DNA of 64,000 nucleotides, from the IMG/VR virus record IMGVR_UViG_3300021400_003144. One strand, given 5' to 3'. The stretch's first letter is position 1, and every line of letters starts with the position of its first letter. Both the position numbers and the translations under genes were made by a program. Origin of the DNA: a virus (taxonomy: Duplodnaviria > Caudoviricetes). Shown here piece by piece: positions 1-7,689 of this stretch. Below the pieces are notes generated by a model. It did not search any database. It was not told where the DNA came from and saw only the letters and a list, made by a program, of their open reading frames with translations.

Positions 1-5
1 ATTGT

Positions 6-257
6 ATGCAATACTACTTTAACTCAGGATTTAGAGCTCTGATGTATAATGAAGGAGACAGAGTTAAGCATATAAATTCTGGTAGGAAGAGTTTAAATAC
101 ACCTATGATAGCTGACTTATTTGTTTCTTATAGGGCAGCTACTCTTGATATGGTAGTATCATCATTAAGCGGATACTTTAAAACACTTACCAAGTTATGT
201 GGTGGTTCTGAAGAAGATTATTATGAAGCAGCATTAAAGATTAGGACATTCAGTTAA
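6..257 (+). CDS. 3' part of a gene truncated by the window edge; hypothetical, immediately upstream of the RT-associated repeats
   Basis: Frame is open to the window start; TAA at 255-257. Confidence 0.6.
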   Translation: MQYYFNSGFRALMYNEGDRVKHINSGRKSLNTPMIADLFVSYRAATLDMVVSSLSGYFKTLTKLCGGSEEDYYEAALKIRTFS

Positions 258-296
258 AGGCAATGAAATAGGGTTTTAAATAGGTTTATGTACCTA

Positions 297-415
297 AGTG
301 TATATAGAAATCAGTACATATGGAAGCTCTATGACTGGACCGACTGTTCCAGTCCAATAGCTTCCATATCTCAATAAAAGAAGATTATATACATACAAGG
401 ATTTTAGTATACACT
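297..415 (+). ncRNA. Putative RT-associated structured ncRNA, unit 1
   Basis: Closing stem 297-312/400-415; inner hairpin 318-328/359-369 plus 333-339/348-354; G-U pairs work only on the + strand. Confidence 0.75.
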
Positions 416-441
416 AAATAAAAAATAGTACATGCACTATT

Positions 442-558
442 TGCTAAGTAGGAATCAGTACATTAGATTCAGGTATACCTGCAACGATTGTCACAGGTCA
501 ACCTGAATCTAATCTCAATAAAAGAAGATTATATGCATGCAAGGATTTATGCTTAGCA
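442..558 (+). ncRNA. Putative RT-associated structured ncRNA, unit 2
   Basis: Closing stem 442-456/544-558; inner hairpin 462-474/501-513 plus 477-481/494-498; same architecture as unit 1 with different stem sequences. Confidence 0.75.
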
Positions 559-576
559 TTTATTAAGAGAGTAGAA

Positions 577-1830
577 ATGGATAAGAACAAATTTGAAGTT
601 GAATTTAGGAATAATGAACATTGGGATGCATCTTATGAGCGTCTGATGTTGAAGAAATTAACACAAGAAGAAAAAGATGAACTGTGGAAGCTAAGTAATA
701 TATACAAAGAAGATATAATTAGTCAGATAATGAATGGAACATATACATGGTCAATTCCTAGAAAGCTCAAGATTGCAAAGCATGAGAGCACTAAGAAGAG
801 AATCGTTTATATGTATTCAGTTAAAGATAGATTTGTACAAGGAGTGTTATATAGAACACTTAGTGCATATTTTAAAGACAGTTTAAGTAATAACTGTTTC
901 AGTTATAAGAGAGATGTTAGTACTTCTAGTGCTATTGATTATATAAAAGATAACAGAACAAAAGAATTGAGCTATGGTGTTAAAACTGATATACATGCTT
1001 ATTTCAATAGTGTATGCAGAGAAAAAGTAGAAAGTGCTATTGATGAAATAACAGAAGGCTGTGAAGGTCTTAATAAAACATTAAAGAATTTAATGTTAAA
1101 TGATACAGTTCTTTGGGAAGGCAAAGAAATACAAGAGTGGAAATCACTTATACCTGGAAGTCCTTTAGGAAGCTTTTTTGCTAACTGGTGTTTAAAAGAG
1201 TTGGATAGAGAGTTTGATAAGGCTGGAAAGGTATATGCAAGGTACAGTGATGATATAATTGTACTTGAAGATAGTGAAGATAAGTTAAAAGATGACATTA
1301 AGATAATACAGAGATACATAGCAGATTTAGGGTTGGAGCTTAATCCTGATAAATATAAATGGTTTAAATCTGGAGAGGACATAGATTTTCTAGGACTTAG
1401 GCTTAATGATAATGGTGTTATTGACATTTCTGACCATGCTAAGCAGAAGATGAAAAAGCAAATACACAGATGGTGTAGAAAAGGCAGAATGGAAATAGAA
1501 AGAGATGGAAAAGAGTTTAAAGATGTAGCTCGTAGAATAAATAGAAGGCTTAATAGAAAGAATTTCAAGTGCTATATTGATAATGAAGCAACATTTGGGT
1601 GGTGTGCATATGCTTTTCCTAGAATAACAACAGTAGAGTCATTAAGGGAATTGGACTTATACACTAAAGAAAGACTTAGAGCATTAAAAACTGGTAAGAA
1701 TAACAAAGCTAATTATAGGAAGATGCAGGAGGATGAGTTTAAAGACATTGGTTGGGTTAGCCTAGTTCAGCTATATTATCTATTTAAAAAAGATTTTGAT
1801 TACTATTGTGAAGTTATAGAGTTGCTATAG
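577..1830 (+). CDS. Reverse transcriptase, stand-alone (unclassified/UG-like)
   Basis: RT motifs KKRIVY...DRFVQ, KTDIHAYFNSV, LIPGSPLGSFFAN, YARYSDDII, GLELNPDK, IDFLGL; thumb-like GWCAYAF...LD...RLR. Confidence 0.95.
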   Translation: MDKNKFEVEFRNNEHWDASYERLMLKKLTQEEKDELWKLSNIYKEDIISQIMNGTYTWSIPRKLKIAKHESTKKRIVYMYSVKDRFVQGVLYRTLSAYFKDSLSNNCFSYKRDVSTSSAIDYIKDNRTKELSYGVKTDIHAYFNSVCREKVESAIDEITEGCEGLNKTLKNLMLNDTVLWEGKEIQEWKSLIPGSPLGSFFANWCLKELDREFDKAGKVYARYSDDIIVLEDSEDKLKDDIKIIQRYIADLGLELNPDKYKWFKSGEDIDFLGLRLNDNGVIDISDHAKQKMKKQIHRWCRKGRMEIERDGKEFKDVARRINRRLNRKNFKCYIDNEATFGWCAYAFPRITTVESLRELDLYTKERLRALKTGKNNKANYRKMQEDEFKDIGWVSLVQLYYLFKKDFDYYCEVIELL

Positions 1831-1840
1831 AGGAAAGAAT

Positions 1841-2926
1841 ATGGACTTCTATATAATGAATAAAGACATTGAGGTAGCAATATTTAGATGTAGTTATACT
1901 TGTAATATAGAACAGATAAACATAACATATATAATAAGACAAGATTTATTACCTAAGGGATTAGTAAATGGAATGAGTCTAACTGAGTGGATTAATAGTA
2001 GATTGGCTATATCTAATAGACTAGATATAATGACTTTATTCAGAAGTATAGGGCTTAAGAATAAAGCAGATATTCTTATAGTAACTAAGGGAGTATCCTT
2101 AAATGATACTTATTGGATAAAAGAAGTTACAAATAAATCATTAAAATGGAAGAATGTATCACCTTATATAAATCCTTTAAACAGAAATATGTCTGATTAT
2201 TCTTTTGAAATCAGTAAAATAATAAAGAATATAGGCATGTCTCCTGACTTTGCTACTTCTGGTAATTTTCCTAAGTGCTGGAAGAGAATAAATGGACACA
2301 TGTATCTTATAAAGGGAGGCTCAAGATTATTTAGTAATGCTGGAAATGAAATTTATTCAGAGTTGTTATCTAGTGAGTTACTTACTAAATTAAGAATAAA
2401 TCATGTAAAATATGATTATATCAAATATAAAGGCTATGATGCCACTAAGTGTTTAAATATGTGTACTGAAGATATTGGAATATATCCATTACATCATGTA
2501 AATACTCGTGTAAATAACTTTGTTGATTTGCTTGAATACTATAAGTATGATAAAAATATCTTAGATATGTTACTGTTTGACTATTTAAGTTTAAATACAG
2601 ACAGACATTGGGGTAATATATCCGTATTTGTTAATAACAATAATCAACAGATATTAGGATTTACTCCTATATATGATAATAATTTGGCTTTTGTACCTTA
2701 TTATACAGGCAGTGAGAGATTAGAGGATTATATATGTAATAGTGAGGGAAGTCTTGTAGCTTCAGATGGAATGTCATTTGATGATTTATTTAAGCTTATA
2801 GATTGTAAGTATGTAAGAGAAAAGATAGAGTTAATCAAAGGAATTAAGCTTACATACAAGTGTAAGAGAACTGATATAGCTAATGAAGTTTTAGATATGC
2901 AGTTAAAGAAAATAAAGAGAACATGA
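1841..2926 (+). CDS. HipA-family Ser/Thr kinase-like protein
   Basis: ATSGNFPKCW (P-loop), YLIKG, NE..SE, DYLSLNTDRHWGN, TPIYDNN. Confidence 0.85.
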   Translation: MDFYIMNKDIEVAIFRCSYTCNIEQINITYIIRQDLLPKGLVNGMSLTEWINSRLAISNRLDIMTLFRSIGLKNKADILIVTKGVSLNDTYWIKEVTNKSLKWKNVSPYINPLNRNMSDYSFEISKIIKNIGMSPDFATSGNFPKCWKRINGHMYLIKGGSRLFSNAGNEIYSELLSSELLTKLRINHVKYDYIKYKGYDATKCLNMCTEDIGIYPLHHVNTRVNNFVDLLEYYKYDKNILDMLLFDYLSLNTDRHWGNISVFVNNNNQQILGFTPIYDNNLAFVPYYTGSERLEDYICNSEGSLVASDGMSFDDLFKLIDCKYVREKIELIKGIKLTYKCKRTDIANEVLDMQLKKIKRT

Positions 2927-2945
2927 AAAGGAGAATAAGAACAAT

Positions 2946-3311
2946 ATGGCAGCTAAGATAAATTTATTTACATATGATATAAATAAAAGAACATTGAGTT
3001 TACGAGAGATTGAATGTATAGACCAAATTGGTTACGTACAAGTTTATGATAAGAGCTTTTATATGCCTGATATTGTAGCAGGTAGGATTATAGGTTTTGA
3101 TAATAGATTTGGAGTCAAGAGTGATAATAGCATTTATTTTTATACCTTTATAAGTGATCCAAATGAAGCTTTAAAGGTCATTGAGAAATGGATAGAAGAT
3201 GAGTATGTGTCAGCTAGAGATAATTATGAGAGGCTATCAGAAATTCATAATAACTTTGATAAAACAAAAGTAACTGTAGAAAATGATTTGGCATTTGGGT
3301 ACAATGGATGA
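2946..3311 (+). CDS. hypothetical protein
   Basis: ORF with AGGAG RBS; overlaps next start. Confidence 0.7.
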   Translation: MAAKINLFTYDINKRTLSLREIECIDQIGYVQVYDKSFYMPDIVAGRIIGFDNRFGVKSDNSIYFYTFISDPNEALKVIEKWIEDEYVSARDNYERLSEIHNNFDKTKVTVENDLAFGYNG

Positions 3312-4108
3312 GTCAAAGAGAGTATGAAGATAGCATGGTAAGTATTTTAAATTACATAGGGAGAATGTCTAAGATACATGTAATAGATTGTATAGGCAAG
3401 TGTGATACTTATGTTGAACCATTTGCAGGAAGTTTTAACTGTGGGATTAACTTAATAACTGATGGGTTTAAAGGTAAGACAATATTAAATGATAAAGATA
3501 CATATGTGACAAACTTCTGGAAATGTGTGAAGCAAGACCCTGAAAGGTTGTATGACTTAATAAAAGTTATTTATGACAATTATGTTGGTTTTAATGCATC
3601 TGATTTAAGTGAATTTATGAGTATAGATGACACAACAATCTATAAGATAAAAAACTATGATGATGAAGTGTTAAAATTTAGAGCAGCAGCTTATCAATAT
3701 TTATACTGTATATATTATTTGAAGAACAGAGTAAAATATGATATAAATTATAAAGAAGAGTTTATAGAGGCTTCAGATATATTTAAAAATACAGAAATAA
3801 TGAATGAGGATTATGAATATATACTTGAAAAGTATAATAAAGACAATGTATTTATTATGTTAGATCCTCCTTATGATTTAAAGTCAGTTAATAAGTTTTA
3901 TAGAAACAAGCCTAGTGAGTTCAATCATGAAAGATTGAGAGACATATTAAAACAAAGCAATAGCAGATGGGTTTGTAGATATAACTTTAGTGATTATATA
4001 AGTAGTTTATATAAAGATTGTAAGGAATTATATAAAAGAAATATATGTACTATGGCTGAAGTGTATTATACAAATATAGATGAGGATGTACATTTGATAT
4101 ACAGATAG
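3308..4108 (+). CDS. Dam-like (D12 class) DNA adenine methyltransferase
   Basis: YVEPFAGS, ILNDKD, MLDPPY motifs. Confidence 0.85.
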   Translation: MSQREYEDSMVSILNYIGRMSKIHVIDCIGKCDTYVEPFAGSFNCGINLITDGFKGKTILNDKDTYVTNFWKCVKQDPERLYDLIKVIYDNYVGFNASDLSEFMSIDDTTIYKIKNYDDEVLKFRAAAYQYLYCIYYLKNRVKYDINYKEEFIEASDIFKNTEIMNEDYEYILEKYNKDNVFIMLDPPYDLKSVNKFYRNKPSEFNHERLRDILKQSNSRWVCRYNFSDYISSLYKDCKELYKRNICTMAEVYYTNIDEDVHLIYR

Positions 4109-4118
4109 GAAATAAGAA

Positions 4119-4997
4119 ATGATAGAAGGAATACCTTATTTTGGAGAAAACAATAATGAAATTATAGAAGCTATTTTAAATGCTGATTATACAAAAGTTA
4201 TTGACTATGAGTCTATCTATGATTTTATTACAGACAATATAAATAATAAAATCATAGTAGTTATAGGAGATAGGCTTACATGGTTGAATGATATTAAGTT
4301 TAATTACAGGGATAAGGAATGTTTTATACCCTATTATGATTTTAAAGTAGCTGAGTGTAATTATAGGACTTCAAATAAAGGTCATTTAATCAGAAATGAA
4401 AATAAATCTTATTTACGTTATGAATATAAACTTGAGAAATTCAGAATAGGCTTTGATGGAAATCCGGTGGGGCTGAGGTGTTATAATTTAGATACAGAGG
4501 ATAGTTTCCAAATTAGTTTGAAAAAATGGATAAAAAATGAAGAAGAGATAGACTTTGAGAAGTTATATAAGCTGTATGTAGAATCAAGTTACAATGAAGA
4601 TAATTTCTTGGTTAACAAGCATGCTGGTGGGTATCACTATATAATGAGAAGCCCTGATAATAAATTTAAGAACGTGGAAAGAAAGCTTAGGGAAGAATAT
4701 GAGCTTAATGATTATTCACCTGAGCATAAAATAGAAAAAGATTACAGAGATGTTCGTAAGTATAAGTACAGCGAGGTTTTAGTAAAGTACGGATTTCTTG
4801 ATAGTACAGAGCTGTATAGAGAAAGACGACTCAGATTTGAGAGTTATTTATATTGTTTAATACATGGTGGTAAGCTGAATAATTTAAAGTTTAAAAATGG
4901 TATACATAAGATAGGAAAAGGTGACATTAAGTTAATAATTAAAGACTATTGGATTTTAGATAAAGACAGACCTAATAAGACTTGGGTTAGAGGTTAG
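4119..4997 (+). CDS. hypothetical protein
   Basis: 292-aa ORF, last in operon. Confidence 0.75.
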   Translation: MIEGIPYFGENNNEIIEAILNADYTKVIDYESIYDFITDNINNKIIVVIGDRLTWLNDIKFNYRDKECFIPYYDFKVAECNYRTSNKGHLIRNENKSYLRYEYKLEKFRIGFDGNPVGLRCYNLDTEDSFQISLKKWIKNEEEIDFEKLYKLYVESSYNEDNFLVNKHAGGYHYIMRSPDNKFKNVERKLREEYELNDYSPEHKIEKDYRDVRKYKYSEVLVKYGFLDSTELYRERRLRFESYLYCLIHGGKLNNLKFKNGIHKIGKGDIKLIIKDYWILDKDRPNKTWVRG

Positions 4998-5006
4998 AGA
5001 GTGTAG

Positions 5007-5037
5007 AGGGAGGTAGATAATCTATCTTCCTTTATTT
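5007..5037 (+). terminator. intrinsic terminator
   Basis: AGGGAGGTAGA/TCTATCTTCCT stem then T-rich tract. Confidence 0.7.
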
Positions 5038-5149
5038 TATGCTATATAGCGTATATAAGTGTATAAAGATTTGGAAGTTTGAGAAGTTCAGGGTTTGACT
5101 TTTGAATTTAAAATGAGAAGCAGTTAGATTTATTAAGGAGAATAAAATA

Positions 5150-5413
5150 ATGAGAATGTATTCAGTTGAAGTTATAAGAACTAAAGATAGGATGTCTGTT
5201 GCTCAGTCAGGTATGATGGAGGCTAGAACTCCTAAAGAAGCTGTTATAGCAGTTATGAAAGATAAAGGACTTGTAGTAAAGTCAGATGATATTGACCTTT
5301 CAACTAAGGCAAGCATATATGCATGTAAGGTTTGTTTATTAGGTGGGGCTAGAGAGTCAGTTAGATATTTGAACATACATAGAGTAAAGGTAAGTTCTAA
5401 TTTAATTAGCTGA
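5150..5413 (+). CDS. hypothetical protein
   Basis: AAGGAG RBS. Confidence 0.75.
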   Translation: MRMYSVEVIRTKDRMSVAQSGMMEARTPKEAVIAVMKDKGLVVKSDDIDLSTKASIYACKVCLLGGARESVRYLNIHRVKVSSNLIS

Positions 5414-5424
5414 GGGTAAATATT

Positions 5425-5664
5425 ATGAGTATAGATTATGAAGTACAAGCTGAAAAATGGGCTGAGCAGTATGGAATAGTAACATATAAAGTAAAAGGTA
5501 GATTCATGACATATCATCAAAACTACATTGAAGATGTACGTGTAGCTAATAGATATGAGAAGAGACCAGTAACTTATAAGAGGGTGATTGACTTAGATAA
5601 AATGGTTACTGTTGAAAATACAATGTTATCAAGATTACAAAAAGATGGCTGGGATAATGTCTAA
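5425..5664 (+). CDS. hypothetical protein
   Basis: GAGG RBS; operonic. Confidence 0.7.
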   Translation: MSIDYEVQAEKWAEQYGIVTYKVKGRFMTYHQNYIEDVRVANRYEKRPVTYKRVIDLDKMVTVENTMLSRLQKDGWDNV

Positions 5665-5689
5665 GGTTTAGAGAGGTCAAGTAAGATTT

Positions 5690-6607
5690 ATGAATACTTT
5701 CAATGAAAATATATTCAAAGATGGTCATTATGAATCATGGAATAATGGGTTGGGTAACAACTTTGAACAGAATGATGGCATTCATAAAGACTTAATGATA
5801 CAAAAGAATATAGAAACAGGCGGTGGATACCAAGCTACTGTCTCAGGTATGTATGGAGAGTTTACTATAGCTTCTATATTTAAGTCTTTACCTGATGAAT
5901 ATGCAGTATTAAATGATATATTACTTCAGACAGGCATTCAGTACAGAAAGTACACCATAGAAGAGTTTAAGAAGTACGGTGAAAGTCCTTGGGAATTATG
6001 TTTAAGAGACAGGCAGAATAAAAGATACTTACCTTTAAATAAAGGAATAGCTCTTAATAGATTGATAAATTATCCTGGTACAGTCTTATATGAAGCAGTA
6101 AAAAAGAGTAGCCAAATTGACCATGTAATAGTTAGTCCATATGGAATATACTTAGTAGAAACTAAGAACCACAAGGGGTTCATTTTTGGAGGCATGCAAA
6201 GTAAAGTATGGACTCAAGTATTAAATGGACAGGCTGGTGCAAGAGCCTATGGTGGGCATTCACATTATACATTTTTAAATCCGGTTGAGCAGAATAGACT
6301 TCATGTAATACATCTTAGTCAACAGTTAAAGCTAAGTCCAAGATTTATACTAGGAATGATAGTATTTACAAGTCCTGATGCTAACTTAGATAATGTAATG
6401 TGTGACTGTTGTTATACAATAAGTACATTTACAAATACTCTTATGAATCATGGTTGTGCTATATGGGATAGGAAAAGAGTGGAAAGTTTAATTAAAAGGA
6501 TTGAGAGTATAAACTCTAGTAGTTACAGCTTATCAAAAGAACATGTGACTTATGTAAAAGATATACAACATAGGGCTGAAGTAAATAGAGCACTAAGGAG
6601 AATGTAA
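5690..6607 (+). CDS. NERD-domain nuclease-related protein
   Basis: G..GE, LNDILL, QIDHVIVSPYGIYLVETKNHKG, NPVEQNRLH. Confidence 0.85.
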   Translation: MNTFNENIFKDGHYESWNNGLGNNFEQNDGIHKDLMIQKNIETGGGYQATVSGMYGEFTIASIFKSLPDEYAVLNDILLQTGIQYRKYTIEEFKKYGESPWELCLRDRQNKRYLPLNKGIALNRLINYPGTVLYEAVKKSSQIDHVIVSPYGIYLVETKNHKGFIFGGMQSKVWTQVLNGQAGARAYGGHSHYTFLNPVEQNRLHVIHLSQQLKLSPRFILGMIVFTSPDANLDNVMCDCCYTISTFTNTLMNHGCAIWDRKRVESLIKRIESINSSSYSLSKEHVTYVKDIQHRAEVNRALRRM

Positions 6608-7290
6608 TGAATGGCAATACACTAATGACAATAGCTAATGTAATATGTAATAATACAGGAATAGAAAATAATGAGCTTGTTATAAAGAGAAGTTCATTCA
6701 AGATAGATGGGCATGGAACATATAAAGTAAATCTAGGTACATTGGAAGCAAAAAAGTTGAGTTTAAAAATAGACTTGTATGATAACCAATATAATACATT
6801 TGTAATTATAAAGTGTGCAGCTATTGGATTAGAGGTCATAAGTAAAGCTGGATATGATACAAATAGTGCTAAGCAGCATGTACTGACTATATTAGAATTA
6901 AAAGCTATACTGTTAAGCTTATATACAGCTGTTAGGGTAGTAGAAGTTAGTAAGCTATTATATGAACGTTTTGGAAATTGCTTAGACTATTCAAAATATG
7001 TATTAAAAGCAATGAGTTTATATAAAATCAGAAAGTTAGATATGAGGTCTGTATTTTATAATGATAGACGTTTCTTGATAGCTAAAAAAGCAAGTGATAT
7101 TAAATTATACAGTGGAATGCTATGTGAAGCATTTGGAAACAAAAATAACTTTATGTCAAAAGGAGTTACACCTGAAGATAAAGTAGTTTGTGCATATATG
7201 ACTTTAACAGGGTCTAATAATTTTAAAAATGAGTTAGACAGGTTGCAGGAAATGTATAACTCAAATAAGTTCATGGATATGCTAGGGTAA
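6607..7290 (+). CDS. hypothetical protein
   Basis: TAATG coupling to the NERD gene. Confidence 0.75.
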   Translation: MNGNTLMTIANVICNNTGIENNELVIKRSSFKIDGHGTYKVNLGTLEAKKLSLKIDLYDNQYNTFVIIKCAAIGLEVISKAGYDTNSAKQHVLTILELKAILLSLYTAVRVVEVSKLLYERFGNCLDYSKYVLKAMSLYKIRKLDMRSVFYNDRRFLIAKKASDIKLYSGMLCEAFGNKNNFMSKGVTPEDKVVCAYMTLTGSNNFKNELDRLQEMYNSNKFMDMLG

Positions 7291-7309
7291 ATAAATAGGA
7301 GATTTAAAA

Positions 7310-7660
7310 ATGAAATACAATCTTACAGTTAAAATTACAGATGGAAGAAATAGCAAGACATTATATCTGCTAGCTGAGTTTGGAAAGAGTAACTCAGGTT
7401 ATGGAAATGATATGTACTTAGCTATTACTGGTAGGGAATATAGAGGTATAAAAACTACCTTTGAAAACGTGTATGATATAAGATATGATACATCCTTTAA
7501 TAGAAAGAAGCCAGAGCTTTATTTAGCAGGGTGGGTTTATAAATACTGGACAGGAGAGAATGGTTCTTGGAAAGTTCAGAAGTTAGCAATAGAAAATCTT
7601 AATCCAGTATCAGTAAAACCACAGAAAGCTAAATTAAAAGCAGATGTAACATTAATTTAA
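7310..7660 (+). CDS. hypothetical protein
   Basis: AGGAG RBS. Confidence 0.75.
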   Translation: MKYNLTVKITDGRNSKTLYLLAEFGKSNSGYGNDMYLAITGREYRGIKTTFENVYDIRYDTSFNRKKPELYLAGWVYKYWTGENGSWKVQKLAIENLNPVSVKPQKAKLKADVTLI

Positions 7661-7689
7661 TTAGAGTGAACTAGGATTGGGTGTGAATT

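Larger units (their letters stand above)
281..558 (+). repeat. Two tandem structured repeat units, 144-bp period
   Basis: AATCAGTACAT at 309-319 and 453-463; ATCTCAATAAAAGAAGATTATATRCATRCAAGGATTT at 368-404 and 512-548; different hairpins between the conserved blocks; a small hairpin precedes each unit (281-296, 423-442). Confidence 0.95.

Noticed and set aside
297-558. CRISPR array beside the RT
   Set aside because: The period is 144 bp, the conserved blocks are not palindromic, and the variable parts are themselves long hairpins enclosed by a closing stem.
297-1830. Diversity-generating retroelement (units as TR/VR)
   Set aside because: Two differences in the conserved block are A-to-G, but the hairpins differ at all base types and covary. 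Both units are non-coding, the RT lacks the GNxxSQ motif, and no Avd-like gene is seen.
577-1830. Canonical retron
   Set aside because: No VTG motif in RT region 7 and no NAxxH seen; two RNA units rather than one. Only the RNA architecture is retron-like.
258-1900. Group II intron
   Set aside because: Only ~320 nt of upstream non-coding DNA, occupied by the repeats; the next gene starts 10 nt after the RT, leaving no room for domains V/VI.
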